Assembly (NCBI GenBank): GCA_051382295.1 | Contig: JBBCAW010000005.1 | Coordinates: forward strand, 32,001-96,000 | DNA: 64,000 nt | Reading direction: 5' to 3' | Source of the DNA: Bdellovibrionota bacterium FG-1 | GTDB taxonomy: Bacteria; Bdellovibrionota; UBA1018 | Part shown: one piece after another, positions 1 through 9,969 of the stretch | Layout of the letters: the number at the start of each line of letters is the position of its first letter | How positions within the stretch are numbered: position 1 is the stretch's first letter | The notes under the pieces: generated by a model | What the model saw: the letters and a program-made list of their open reading frames with translations, nothing else | What the model was told of the DNA's origin: nothing | Databases searched by the model: none | Translations under genes and position numbers: made by a program

Positions 1-16
1 ACAGCTCGATTTTCGA

Positions 17-550
17 TTGGGCCGTTATTGTGCCCAAACTGCCCTGCGGTTTAAGGCACCCTCAGAACCCTCTTCCTTTGTTGGTGTGGGGCCCGCGCGT
101 GAGCCTCTTTGGCCCCCTGGGTGGGTAGGTTCGATTACCCATACCCAGGGAATGGTTGCCGCCGTAGTTGCCCTCTCGGCCGAGCGATCCGCCTTGGGAA
201 TCGACATTGAGCCACTGATGGATGAAACTCGCGCGGCTCGTATCGAATCCCGGGTTTTAACGCTATCCGAGATGCTTTTGCCGGCGCGTTCAAGACAGGA
301 ACGCGTGACAGCTGTCTTTTCGGCCAAAGAAAGCATCTATAAATGCTTGCGGCCGCTGGTGGGCAAGTACTTTGGTTTTCACGCGGTGGCGATTCGACAA
401 TGGAACTTATTGCAGGGGACTTTTCATTTTGTTTTGCTCGAAGATTTGACCCCTCCCTATGTTCAAGGGTGGGAGGGGTCCGGACGTTTGGCTGTGGATG
501 GGGCCTACGTCTTTACTGCGGTCGAGCTTGTACCGTTACATCAAAGTTAA
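17..550 (+). CDS. 4'-phosphopantetheinyl transferase (EntD/Sfp-like), probably 5'-truncated by the window edge
   Basis: P.WP.G.VGSITH, GIDIE and FSAKESIYK motifs. Confidence 0.85.
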   Translation: MGRYCAQTALRFKAPSEPSSFVGVGPAREPLWPPGWVGSITHTQGMVAAVVALSAERSALGIDIEPLMDETRAARIESRVLTLSEMLLPARSRQERVTAVFSAKESIYKCLRPLVGKYFGFHAVAIRQWNLLQGTFHFVLLEDLTPPYVQGWEGSGRLAVDGAYVFTAVELVPLHQS

Positions 551-1691
551 ATTTCTTGCCGCCTCGAATCACCTGGGCCAAAATTTTCTGTCCGGCCGGG
601 ATTTTAAGCACTGCTTCAACGAGTTGTGCGGTGGATTTTAGTGTCTTGCCGTTGATGCCGGTAATGACGTCATAGGGTTCGATTCCGGCTTTTTCAGCGG
701 GAGTTCCTGGGCCCACGTTAGCCACCACAGGCGTACCCGCTGGTGCCTCAATATGCAGGGCTTTAGCTAAATCCATTTTCAGTGGCATGATATTGATGCC
801 CAAATAGCCACGGTCTATTTTCCCTTCTGCTTTGAGTTGGGGAAGAAACTCTTTAATCGAGTTGATGGGAATGGCAAATCCGATGCCCGGGCCACGCGCA
901 TCAATCGCATTATTGATTCCCACCACTTGGCCCGACATATTGACGAGTGGGCCCCCGGAGTTGCCGGGGTTAATCGGAGCATCGAGCTGAAGGTACCGCC
1001 CAAAACCTCCCGGTAAGGTGCGTTCTTTTGCACTGACAATGCCATGCGAAACGGAATGACCATGCCCGAAGGGGTTGCCGATGGCCGCGACCCATTCCCC
1101 CACTTTGAGGCGGTCGGAGTCTCCCAGTTCGACCGCCTGGAGTTTGCGGTCGGTTATGACCTCGAGCACCGCGATGTCCAGCTCGGGGTCTTTTCCGATG
1201 ATTTTTGCTGGGATTTCGTCTTCATCTGCGGACTCCGTAAATTTAACCTTCACTTCGTCCGCGCCCGCAATCACGTGATGATTGGTGAGGATGATTCCCT
1301 TTCCGTGGCCGGCTTCGATGATAAAACCTGTGCCGAGTGACATAGGGGTTTGGGGAGCTTGGGGCGAGCGTGGGTCGAGGGGGAGGGCTTCTTCTGAACC
1401 GCCTTCTAAACCGTCCGGTAAATCGCCTGGAAATCCCCCAAATCCAGGAAAGCCTGGAAACCCATGCGGATGGGCGCGAACTGCTTTGGTCGTGAAGATG
1501 TTTACAACGGAGGGCATCAAGCGATCCGATATGTCGACAAAGAGATTTTGGAGGGAGGTTGCCGCGAGGGGCGGAGGTGGGGGTTCCGTGGCGGCGGAAT
1601 GGACGGAGGAGTGACTGAGGGCGACTAAACAAAGCACTACAGAAGCGCTGATTGCGATGAATAGGCGTTTTTGGGCTTGGGAGGCCTTCAT
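513..1691 (-). CDS. HtrA/DegP-family serine protease with PDZ domain
   Basis: Signal peptide; LTNHHV, DIAVL and INPGNSGGPL triad motifs; C-terminal PDZ (RGYLGI...GTPAEKAGI). Confidence 0.93.
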   Translation of the reverse strand: MKASQAQKRLFIAISASVVLCLVALSHSSVHSAATEPPPPPLAATSLQNLFVDISDRLMPSVVNIFTTKAVRAHPHGFPGFPGFGGFPGDLPDGLEGGSEEALPLDPRSPQAPQTPMSLGTGFIIEAGHGKGIILTNHHVIAGADEVKVKFTESADEDEIPAKIIGKDPELDIAVLEVITDRKLQAVELGDSDRLKVGEWVAAIGNPFGHGHSVSHGIVSAKERTLPGGFGRYLQLDAPINPGNSGGPLVNMSGQVVGINNAIDARGPGIGFAIPINSIKEFLPQLKAEGKIDRGYLGINIMPLKMDLAKALHIEAPAGTPVVANVGPGTPAEKAGIEPYDVITGINGKTLKSTAQLVEAVLKIPAGQKILAQVIRGGKKFNFDVTVQARPQ

Positions 1692-1796
1692 AGTAAAATC
1701 TCCTAGTTTGCTTTTTCCACCTTAAGCCAGCAGGTTTAAATTCAGATTAAAACTGAATTAAAATTCCTTTAGAAGGGTTTTAGGGAGACTATTCAA

Positions 1797-3026
1797 GTGA
1801 TGGTAGGAAGCAAAAAAACCTTAAAAGTCGGGATCGTAGGAACTGGGCCTGCAGGTTTAATGGCCGCTTATGAAGTCGCCCAGGCTGGCTATTCAGTTGT
1901 TCTTTTCGAAAAACGCCGCGGTCCGGGTCGCAAACTATTGATTGCCGGAAGTTCGGGACTCAATGTGACCTATGATGCTCCGGGGGCAGAATTTGCGGCT
2001 CATTATGGGGTGCAACGTGAGCGGTTTTTGAAGATCTTTTCAGTTTTTTCGCCCCAACAGTGGTTGGCTTTTATTGAGCACCTTGGAATCAAGACTTTCA
2101 AGGGGACGAGCCGGCGTTATTTTGTGGAGGGGTTGAAGGCGTCTTCACTTTTGCGGGCCTGGTTGGATGAGCTTTCTGCGCTGGGAGCGCGGCTGGAGTT
2201 GGGCCATGAGTGCTCGGGTTTTGAGGATTCCTCTGATGGGGTTCGTCTTTACTTTGACGACCCTGAAAAATCGGGCGATGCGCAGGCCGTGTTTGATTTT
2301 GATGCGGTTTGTTTTTGCTTAGGAGGGGGTAGTTATGAACCCGATGAAAATCCTCTTCGATGGCCTCGCTTTTTTCGGGAAAAGGGTCTCGGTTTTCAGG
2401 ACTTCGAGGCATCCAACGTGGGTTTTCAGGTGGATTGGCCCCCGGCGCTTCTGAAAGAGGTCGAAGGTAAACCCATTAAAAACGTGGTTCTTTCTTCCTC
2501 GCGTGGTCAGCGCAGTGGCGATTTAGTGATCACCCATTACGGGGTTGAGGGTACCCCCGTTTATTTTGCGGGCGAAGTGGGTACGGTGTACCTGGATCTT
2601 AAGCCCGATCTGAGTGAGGCGCAGATTCGCGCAAAACTTTTACTCTGCCGCGAAAACCTTTCGCCGATTCGGCGAATCAAGCGTTTTTTGAATTTGGGCG
2701 AGGGGGCGTTGGCCTTGCTTTTTCATCTCACCCCTTCGGCAGTGCTTTCGGACCTCAATGCGATGATGGACTTGGTTAAACGATTTCCGCTGCCGCTCCG
2801 TCAAAGACAGCCGTTGAGCGAGGCGATCTCCTCATCGGGCGGTCTCAAGTGGGATGGGTTGGATGAAACTTTCATGTTAAGAGCTTACCCCGGGGTTTTT
2901 GTGGCGGGCGAAATGCTGGATTGGGACGCCCCGACCGGCGGATTTTTGATTCAAGGTTGTGTTTCACAAGGTGCGGTCGCGGGCCAAGGGATTGTGGCCT
3001 ATCTGAAAAGCGATGGAGGAATTTAA
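1797..3026 (+). CDS. HI0933/BaiN-family flavoprotein
   Basis: GTGPAG FAD motif, GRKLLIAGSSGLNVT, GEMLDWDAPTGGF. Confidence 0.9.
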   Translation: MMVGSKKTLKVGIVGTGPAGLMAAYEVAQAGYSVVLFEKRRGPGRKLLIAGSSGLNVTYDAPGAEFAAHYGVQRERFLKIFSVFSPQQWLAFIEHLGIKTFKGTSRRYFVEGLKASSLLRAWLDELSALGARLELGHECSGFEDSSDGVRLYFDDPEKSGDAQAVFDFDAVCFCLGGGSYEPDENPLRWPRFFREKGLGFQDFEASNVGFQVDWPPALLKEVEGKPIKNVVLSSSRGQRSGDLVITHYGVEGTPVYFAGEVGTVYLDLKPDLSEAQIRAKLLLCRENLSPIRRIKRFLNLGEGALALLFHLTPSAVLSDLNAMMDLVKRFPLPLRQRQPLSEAISSSGGLKWDGLDETFMLRAYPGVFVAGEMLDWDAPTGGFLIQGCVSQGAVAGQGIVAYLKSDGGI

Positions 3027-3028
3027 AA

Positions 3029-4057
3029 TTGAAGAAGAAAAAAAAATCACAAGTTTTGATTTTGTATACTGGCGGCACCATTGGAATGGACGTCGGTACG
3101 GATCGGGCCTTAACGACCCCGCGGTTGAAGCCCTCCATGTTGAAACAGCGGTTAGAGGCGCGGGTGCCAGAATTGAGCGCCCTTGCGGACTGTCATGTCG
3201 GGGTCTTGTTGAACCGGGATAGCGCTCATGTGGGACCGGAGCAGTGGAAATGGTTCGCGCAAGAAATTCAAAGTCGCTGGTCTCAGTATGATGGCGTGGT
3301 GTTACTTCACGGAACGGATACGCTGGCCTATACGGCAAGCGCGCTTTCTTTTTTGCTTCGTCCCTGTTTGCGCCCGGTGGTGATTACCGGCGCGCAGCGG
3401 CCGTTGACCGCGCTCAGAACTGACGCGCGGCGCAATTTGATTTCGGCCGTGGAGATCGCCACGCAAGGGCCGCGGGAATTGGTTTCACAGGTTTGTGTGT
3501 TTTTTGACGAAAAACTTTTTCGGGGAGATTCGATACGGAAGAGAAGTGCGATCGATTTTGATGCCTTTGAAAGTCCTCAAGTGGAACCTTTGGCGGTGGT
3601 GGGTACTGAAATTCGATATCAGGGAGGTTTAACTTTAAGGACAGCTCCCAAGACACGCCTAAAAGCACCACTGAAGTTTTTGCCGGAGTTTGATCGTCAG
3701 GTGGTCTTGTTGCATGTCACGCCGGGCTTTCCGGCCCGTTTGATTCGCGAGAAATTATTGCCCGACCTCAGCGCTTTAGTGCTTGTGGTGTTTCAATCCG
3801 GAACCGCGCCCACTGAAGATCCAGAATTTTTGAATTTGCTTGAAGATGCCCGCCGCCTGAAAAAACCGGTGGTATTGACCACTGATGGGCGTGCTTCTCA
3901 TCCCGATCTCTATGAGGCGGGCAAGGTGCTTTTGCGCGAAGGGGGTATTTGGGCCGGAACGATGACTCCCGAGTGCGCGTTTGTAAAAACCGCCTGGATT
4001 TTAGGCCAGCCCGGGGGGGCTCGACGATTTACAGCCCTTTGGAAAGCCGTTTTTTAG
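3029..4057 (+). CDS. ansA: Type I L-asparaginase
   Basis: YTGGTIGM, HGTDT and ITGAQ motifs; TTG start after GGAGGA. Confidence 0.88.
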   Translation: MKKKKKSQVLILYTGGTIGMDVGTDRALTTPRLKPSMLKQRLEARVPELSALADCHVGVLLNRDSAHVGPEQWKWFAQEIQSRWSQYDGVVLLHGTDTLAYTASALSFLLRPCLRPVVITGAQRPLTALRTDARRNLISAVEIATQGPRELVSQVCVFFDEKLFRGDSIRKRSAIDFDAFESPQVEPLAVVGTEIRYQGGLTLRTAPKTRLKAPLKFLPEFDRQVVLLHVTPGFPARLIREKLLPDLSALVLVVFQSGTAPTEDPEFLNLLEDARRLKKPVVLTTDGRASHPDLYEAGKVLLREGGIWAGTMTPECAFVKTAWILGQPGGARRFTALWKAVF

Positions 4058-5000
4058 CCACATGCACCAAGCCCTGCGCATTGAGGTCAAGATCCAAGCG
4101 GACTAACTCGCGGTCTTGAGCATCGAGCGTAAGGCCCACAGATTGGGCTTTGTTTTGCCAGTGTTGTTCGAGGGCTCGGTGACAAAAGGTCCAGGGATCG
4201 GGATCTACTAATCCATCCTGTTTGACCAGATGCTCTACTAAGCTTTGGCTGAAACGAAGATCCTCGCGCAGCTGTAGGGCGGCGGCTGCGAACTCGGTGA
4301 GTACCCCAAAATGAGCGAGATAGGCTTGGCGCGCGCCAACGGCCAAAATTAAATCGATACTGTTGAGCGCTTCGTGAGCATCAAAGTCCGTAGGACTGGT
4401 GGTTGGAAAAATAAAGAGCCCTTCGCGCTGCAGGGCAGGATAGCAAATACCAAAGGCATCACCGGTGAAAATGGATTGGGTTTCAGGTTCTTCGATGCAA
4501 AAATGATGGTTAGCATGCCCGCGAGTATGAATAAAACGCAGGGGCCGGCCTTTGCCAAAGGGGACTTTTTCGTTGTGTTCGATCGCGCGTACCCGCTGGG
4601 CGTCAATCGCCTCAATCGAGCCGTATAATTTTTGAAAAGTCTCGGGGCCGTAAACATGCTCGGCGCTGGCAATGAGCTTTGAGGGGTCAATGACGTGCTT
4701 GGTCGCCCGAGGGTGTGCGAGCAAAACCGCGCGCGGGCAAGCTTTCATAAGCGCAGAACTCCCGCCGGCATGGTCCAAATGAACATGGGTGATGATGACG
4801 TACTGGACGTCTTCCGGAGCAAGTCCTTCGGTTTTGAGCGCGGCTAGAAGTTGAGGAACGCAGTGGGCGGTGTTATTGTCGATAAATGCAGCAGAGGTTT
4901 TGCCGTGACTTCTGTCCATCAAAAGGTAAGAGGCCGCATACTGCGGGTGGAGATAGTCGCAATCAATCGTGAGGATTTTGCGTTGGCCCAAGGTTATCAC
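4029..5000 (-). CDS. MBL-fold metallo-hydrolase
   Basis: THVHLDHAGG, GHANHH, FTGDAFG. Confidence 0.9.
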   Translation of the reverse strand: MITLGQRKILTIDCDYLHPQYAASYLLMDRSHGKTSAAFIDNNTAHCVPQLLAALKTEGLAPEDVQYVIITHVHLDHAGGSSALMKACPRAVLLAHPRATKHVIDPSKLIASAEHVYGPETFQKLYGSIEAIDAQRVRAIEHNEKVPFGKGRPLRFIHTRGHANHHFCIEEPETQSIFTGDAFGICYPALQREGLFIFPTTSPTDFDAHEALNSIDLILAVGARQAYLAHFGVLTEFAAAALQLREDLRFSQSLVEHLVKQDGLVDPDPWTFCHRALEQHWQNKAQSVGLTLDAQDRELVRLDLDLNAQGLVHVAKKRLSKGL

Positions 5001-5014
5001 TCGGAAATGTTCCC

Positions 5015-5251
5015 TTATCTCAGGTTACAACCGGCCCACCGCATTTTGTAGGCGGGGTTGCACCAAGGCGCTTCACTGGGAGCAGAAAGCTTCGCGATCG
5101 GAGGTTTGGGGGCATATTGCGAAAACACATTTCCGTGAGTACGAAAAGAGCGTTGAAGGATCTGCGAAACCCAGCCGCTCACCAAGATGAGGCCAAAAAC
5201 GAGACCGAGAACTGCGGGTAAAAAAGCTTTATTAAAACTCATGAAAACCAT
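5015..5251 (-). CDS. Small hypothetical membrane protein
   Basis: GAGGAG RBS, N-terminal hydrophobic helix, fills the intergenic gap. Confidence 0.55.
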   Translation of the reverse strand: MVFMSFNKAFLPAVLGLVFGLILVSGWVSQILQRSFRTHGNVFSQYAPKPPIAKLSAPSEAPWCNPAYKMRWAGCNLR

Positions 5252-5299
5252 CTCCTCAAGATCAGCTCACTATACGTTCGAATGGGGCGATCGTGAAGT

Positions 5300-5719
5300 C
5301 TAAATTCGACAAGCGATGATGGCTAAATGTGAATCGTCTGATTTTGCACGGCCTAGGGTCAAGAGATTGAAGCCATTTTGACGCAGCATAGAGGCAAGAG
5401 CTTTTTCTGGATAGGTGAGGATCGCTGAAAAAACGCCTGTTTTTGGCCGTAAACCCTGAAAAAAACTCGCCACTACGCGTTGAGTCTCTTCAATAGGAAG
5501 GTTAGCCAGTGCTTGCCCCGCCCAGATTCCGTCGAAGCTTTCACGGGGCAGGCTTAAAAGGCGAGCATCTTTGGCTGCGTCCATCTCCTGGACTGTATAG
5601 CCGTGAGACTGGAGCCAGAGAGGAATTTCGGCCTGCGACGGGAGGCAAAATACCTGGCCTTGCGGCGGTAGATGAATGGCAAAGTGCTCAAGTAACTGAC
5701 GAGTTTCGGCTGAAGGCAT
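5300..5719 (-). CDS. Hypothetical protein, degenerate class I SAM methyltransferase-like
   Basis: ESFDGIWA...L.P..G segment; no clear Gly-rich motif I. Confidence 0.5.
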   Translation of the reverse strand: MPSAETRQLLEHFAIHLPPQGQVFCLPSQAEIPLWLQSHGYTVQEMDAAKDARLLSLPRESFDGIWAGQALANLPIEETQRVVASFFQGLRPKTGVFSAILTYPEKALASMLRQNGFNLLTLGRAKSDDSHLAIIACRI

Positions 5720-5734
5720 GATTGTTGGTACACC

Positions 5735-6838
5735 TTAATGAGCGCAGGTAAAAGGGCGATAGTCGGTAAGCCGATAAGGGGCGGGGGGTTGCCCCACGTA
5801 GGTGTAGATATGTTGACTGACTCCGACCAGGTCCCCTTTTCTGAGGGACAGAGGCCGCCAGGTACCCAGGTCATCGCGACCGAGTCGGATAGGATCAATC
5901 GAGATCTCGCCTAAGTAGGGGGCTTTGTCGAGCATGATCGCAGAAATGGGCTTAGAACCGGTGGCCACTAAAATATCAAAAATGGCTGGGTCGAAATCTT
6001 TGTTTCGGATATCCTCAAGGTCTTGCGCCGTGACATCTAGATGGCCGCTGATGGATTGGGTTTGCCCCTTTTTGCAGGAGGTGAACGTGGCGAGTAGCCG
6101 CCCGTTGCCTTGAAGATAGATGGCGGGGCCGTCCTCGTGGCAGGTTCGGGTGAGACCGAGGTAGTAGCCTTGCCGGGATGGGCAAGCCTCAGAAGCCGAA
6201 AGCACGGGAGGGGGCCGTTTCAAGCCGGAGAGGCTGGTTTGAATCGTGACTTTAAGTCCGGGGACGGCATCGACTTCTCGAGGAAAGGTGAGCCACATGA
6301 GATGGGGATTGGTTTTGGCGAGTTGTTGATCGAGCGTCCGGCTTTTAAAAGCTTGGGACGAATAACAGGTGATCAAGCCAAGAACTCTCAGATTGGGGTG
6401 AATTTCGCTGAGCAAAGGGGAGATGTCAAATTCGTCTTTATCTAGAATCCCGCCTTGTAAAAGCCCGCCGTCTGCTGAGCCTTTTTGGAGGCCATGAGAT
6501 ACCCAATAAATTCCCGCATAATCGGGCGAATGAAGCAGGGCTGAAAGGATGGCCAAATTGCCTTGATGGTAAACTTCGATTTCGTATCCTTCGTTCTCGA
6601 GTTGGTCGCGAAAGGTTTTTTCGAGTTCCATTTCAGTTTTCATGCCGCTGTGGGCGATGCTGGAACGCAAAAACCCCAGATATCCAGGGAGCTTTGCCGC
6701 AAGTTGCGCGGTGTCGTACGAGGTAATCAGGGCGACTTTGTGAGGGAGGTAGGTATTCGCGTGGGTGTTCGCGAACACACTCGCGCTGAGAGCCCAGGAG
6801 AGACAGGTGAAAATCAGAAGTATTTTGAAATTCGGCAT
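5735..6838 (-). CDS. Hypothetical secreted protein
   Basis: Signal peptide from MPNFKILL; long ORF; SHG and TCYS dyad-like motifs. Confidence 0.7.
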   Translation of the reverse strand: MPNFKILLIFTCLSWALSASVFANTHANTYLPHKVALITSYDTAQLAAKLPGYLGFLRSSIAHSGMKTEMELEKTFRDQLENEGYEIEVYHQGNLAILSALLHSPDYAGIYWVSHGLQKGSADGGLLQGGILDKDEFDISPLLSEIHPNLRVLGLITCYSSQAFKSRTLDQQLAKTNPHLMWLTFPREVDAVPGLKVTIQTSLSGLKRPPPVLSASEACPSRQGYYLGLTRTCHEDGPAIYLQGNGRLLATFTSCKKGQTQSISGHLDVTAQDLEDIRNKDFDPAIFDILVATGSKPISAIMLDKAPYLGEISIDPIRLGRDDLGTWRPLSLRKGDLVGVSQHIYTYVGQPPAPYRLTDYRPFTCAH

Positions 6839-6852
6839 AGTTGTTTTTTGGG

Positions 6853-7476
6853 TTACTTCTTTTGGGAAGCCTGTTCGAGTTGTTGGGCAAAATGCTGGGA
6901 ATTTTTGCTTAAGGCGGAGCATGCCAATGCACTGATCTGCTGATCGTGGCAGGCTTGTTTCCAGATTTCGTCGGCTAGACGAAGCGCCTGATTGGCATCC
7001 GTGATTTTTGGATCGGCAAATTTTTGCGCGATGGTTTCGGAAATCCCGTTAATCCGCTGAAGTTGGCGGTTAAAGGCCTTTTGTTCAGCAGGTAAAATCC
7101 CTCGCTCAGTGGCGGTGAGGGAGTCGAGGGGCCTGAATTGAAGAGTCGGTGAGCCGGTTTGGTCGAGCATCACAACGCCGACCAGGATTCCGATAACCCC
7201 ACCGATGGTGAGAATTCCGCCGCCATAAATCAAGGTATCTGGTGCCGTGCAGTCGCCACATTCGCGTCCTGTTGAAATGCCTAAGGTCACGAGCCCCGCG
7301 CCCCCTGCGGTACCTATGAGGCTGGCTCCGAGGACCACCAGGGCAGGAATCGCCGCGCCAGCGGTGGCCCCTGCGATGATCGCGTGGGCCGGACGCTGGA
7401 AGGCCACCTGGGTCAAGCCCATGCTGGCGAGGGTGAGAGCGGCGACTAACTGGATTCTTTTCTTGGCATCAATCAT
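6853..7476 (-). CDS. Hypothetical secreted/membrane protein with Gly-rich hydrophobic hairpin
   Basis: AHA signal peptide, two Gly-rich TM-like segments, GGAG RBS. Confidence 0.7.
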   Translation of the reverse strand: MIDAKKRIQLVAALTLASMGLTQVAFQRPAHAIIAGATAGAAIPALVVLGASLIGTAGGAGLVTLGISTGRECGDCTAPDTLIYGGGILTIGGVIGILVGVVMLDQTGSPTLQFRPLDSLTATERGILPAEQKAFNRQLQRINGISETIAQKFADPKITDANQALRLADEIWKQACHDQQISALACSALSKNSQHFAQQLEQASQKK

Positions 7477-7612
7477 GGTTCAACTCCGGAGGCAGATTCT
7501 ATACTAATATGACCTAAATGGTCAAGTATCGAGTTCTTTGGTGTCCAACTCTTTGATTTATAATATAAAAATGATAATATCCTATGGAAAGGTCGCCTCT
7601 CATCAATTCAAT

Positions 7613-9922
7613 ATGCCCTCCCTCAAATCCCATAACGAACTAGCCCCCGAACTTCGAACCCTCGTTAAGCGCTCCGTGGCACTTTTAGGAAATGTCATTC
7701 GAGAAGAACTGGGTTTGAAGGCCTATGGGCGGATTGAATCACTGAGAAAACAAATGACGGTGGTTCGAGGGTCCTCTCATGAGGTGGCCTATGCAGTCTT
7801 GAAACGCTCACTTGAGGACCTGCGAAAGCTTTCCATGCATCAACGCGAGGAAATCGCTCAGGCGTTTACCTTGATGCTCGAACTGATGAACGCCTGCGAA
7901 AGTTCCTATCGGACTTGGCGCCTGCGTTCAGGCTTAGCCGTTCATCTTGTGAAGCGACCCGATGCGATTATCTATGTTTTGACGGCCCATCCCACCGAGG
8001 CCCGATCGCCCGAGACGATTGCGTTGTTTCGGGAAATTCAGAACGCTTTGACCGAGTGGATCGACGATCCCAAGTCATTCGAAATCGAGAAACGAATCCT
8101 GAGTTTATTAAGAGTGGCTTGGAGGCTCTCGCCTTCACGGAGGCGTAAACCCACCGTGCGGGATGAGGCCGATGCCATTTATTCGATGGTGCTGCAAAGT
8201 GATACTTTGGGCGCGATCCTTCGGGCTAATCGCGAGATTGCTCCGGTTTTTCTTCGAACTTGGGTGGGTGGGGATAAGGATGGTCATCCGGGTGTCGATG
8301 AGGTTCAACTTCACCAGAGTTTACAGGCTTCGCGCACGGTCTTGCTTCAGCGGTTCGAGTCTGGGGCAAGTCGTCTATTCAAACTCGCAGAGCGCATGGG
8401 TGATCCCCAGTTGATGGGGGAGCTTAAACCCGTTCGGCAGGCCCTGAAAGGTTTGCGCGAACTCAAAAGAGGGGATGGCCGGCGAGTGGGGCGATTGCGC
8501 ACGGTACTTAAAGGGGTGACGGATTTTCATCCCCTGGCGGCGGAGCTCCGGCTACTCTTAAAAGTTTTTCCTGGCCTGGTCGTTCCGTTAGAACTTCGGG
8601 AGTCGTCGGATCTTCTCTGTCAAGCCGCGGAAGGCAAGCCTCTTGCGATTTCTCGAATGATGGTCAAAGTGCGCGTACTTTCGGAGGGCGGGGATCCGAA
8701 ATGGTATGCCCGAGGTTTGATTATCAGCATGGCCTCGAACATGGATCATGTGCGAGCCGCCGCAGCGGTCGTAAAAAAGCAATGGGGTAGCATTCGTCTG
8801 CCGATTATTCCGCTCTTTGAACAGAACGTGGCCCTTGAGTCAGCTCCCCAAATTGCGGGGCAAATGCTTGCGGATCGTGAACTTCGGGCGGCGGTTCATG
8901 AGTATTGGGGCGGTTATTTTGAAATCATGGTGGGGTATTCGGACTCGGCCAAAGAAACGGGTGTCCTTAAAAGCCGGCTCGAAATCGCCGCGGCGATTCA
9001 TAGTCTAGACCGAGTGTACCGAAAAGCCCAAAAAACAGGGACGTTTAAACCCGTATTTTTTCACGGCTCTGGCGGGAGTACGGACCGGGGGGGCGGCTCG
9101 ATTGAGGAGCAAACCGCCTGGTGGCCGGATAGTGCGTTGAGGATTTACAAAGCGACCATTCAAGGCGAGACGATCGAACGTTCGACGGCTAGTCCGGAGA
9201 TTACGCGGCGGCGTTTGGATCAAATTGCACAAAGGGTTGGGGCAGGGGGGGCTAGCGCTTATCAGGCGAGTGCGGTGCTCAGGCGTTTTGCCGACGCAAC
9301 TTCGATTTATTATCGCGTGATGATTGGCAATCCTGAATTTTTGAAAGTCGTGAGTTGCGCCACGATTTATCGGTACCTTTCCGATTTAAAGATGGGTTCA
9401 CGTCCCTCGAAACGAGGCCAGGTGCTTTCAGTTGGAGCGCTTCGTGCGATTCCGTGGGTGATGTGTTGGACTCAGACGCGCGCGCTCTTTCCGACCTGGT
9501 GGGGGGCGGGGAGCGCGTGGCGGTCCATGAGTGCTCGGGACCAGAAAGAGTTACGGAAGCAGTATGGCTTGGATCCACTTTTTTGCTCTTACGTCAAAGT
9601 CCTTGCCTCGACTTTGGCTAAGGTTGAATTGCCGATTTGGCAGCTTTATCTCGAAAACAGTGGTTTGGATGCGGAGCTCACGCGCAAAACAATCAGCGAT
9701 TTTCGGCGTGAGTTTCGGCTTGCGGTGACTTTTGTGCGCGCAATCACGGGGGAGCGGGATTTGTTGGGTTTTCGTCCGTGGCTGGGTACGAGTATTCGAT
9801 TAAGAGCGCCGATGATTCACCCTTTGAACCTCATTCAGGTTCTCTTATTGAGGGATCCTGATCCCGCCTTGCTTCGGTTGACCGTGACCGGAATTTCGAG
9901 TGGGATGATGACGACGGGGTGA
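7613..9922 (+). CDS. ppc: Phosphoenolpyruvate carboxylase
   Basis: LTAHPTE, GYSDSAK, LRAIPW; start uncertain (7538-7613). Confidence 0.9.
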   Translation: MPSLKSHNELAPELRTLVKRSVALLGNVIREELGLKAYGRIESLRKQMTVVRGSSHEVAYAVLKRSLEDLRKLSMHQREEIAQAFTLMLELMNACESSYRTWRLRSGLAVHLVKRPDAIIYVLTAHPTEARSPETIALFREIQNALTEWIDDPKSFEIEKRILSLLRVAWRLSPSRRRKPTVRDEADAIYSMVLQSDTLGAILRANREIAPVFLRTWVGGDKDGHPGVDEVQLHQSLQASRTVLLQRFESGASRLFKLAERMGDPQLMGELKPVRQALKGLRELKRGDGRRVGRLRTVLKGVTDFHPLAAELRLLLKVFPGLVVPLELRESSDLLCQAAEGKPLAISRMMVKVRVLSEGGDPKWYARGLIISMASNMDHVRAAAAVVKKQWGSIRLPIIPLFEQNVALESAPQIAGQMLADRELRAAVHEYWGGYFEIMVGYSDSAKETGVLKSRLEIAAAIHSLDRVYRKAQKTGTFKPVFFHGSGGSTDRGGGSIEEQTAWWPDSALRIYKATIQGETIERSTASPEITRRRLDQIAQRVGAGGASAYQASAVLRRFADATSIYYRVMIGNPEFLKVVSCATIYRYLSDLKMGSRPSKRGQVLSVGALRAIPWVMCWTQTRALFPTWWGAGSAWRSMSARDQKELRKQYGLDPLFCSYVKVLASTLAKVELPIWQLYLENSGLDAELTRKTISDFRREFRLAVTFVRAITGERDLLGFRPWLGTSIRLRAPMIHPLNLIQVLLLRDPDPALLRLTVTGISSGMMTTG

Positions 9923-9969
9923 ATGTGGATCGATTTGACTTCTCCGGATTTTCATGACTTTCTGATGGG

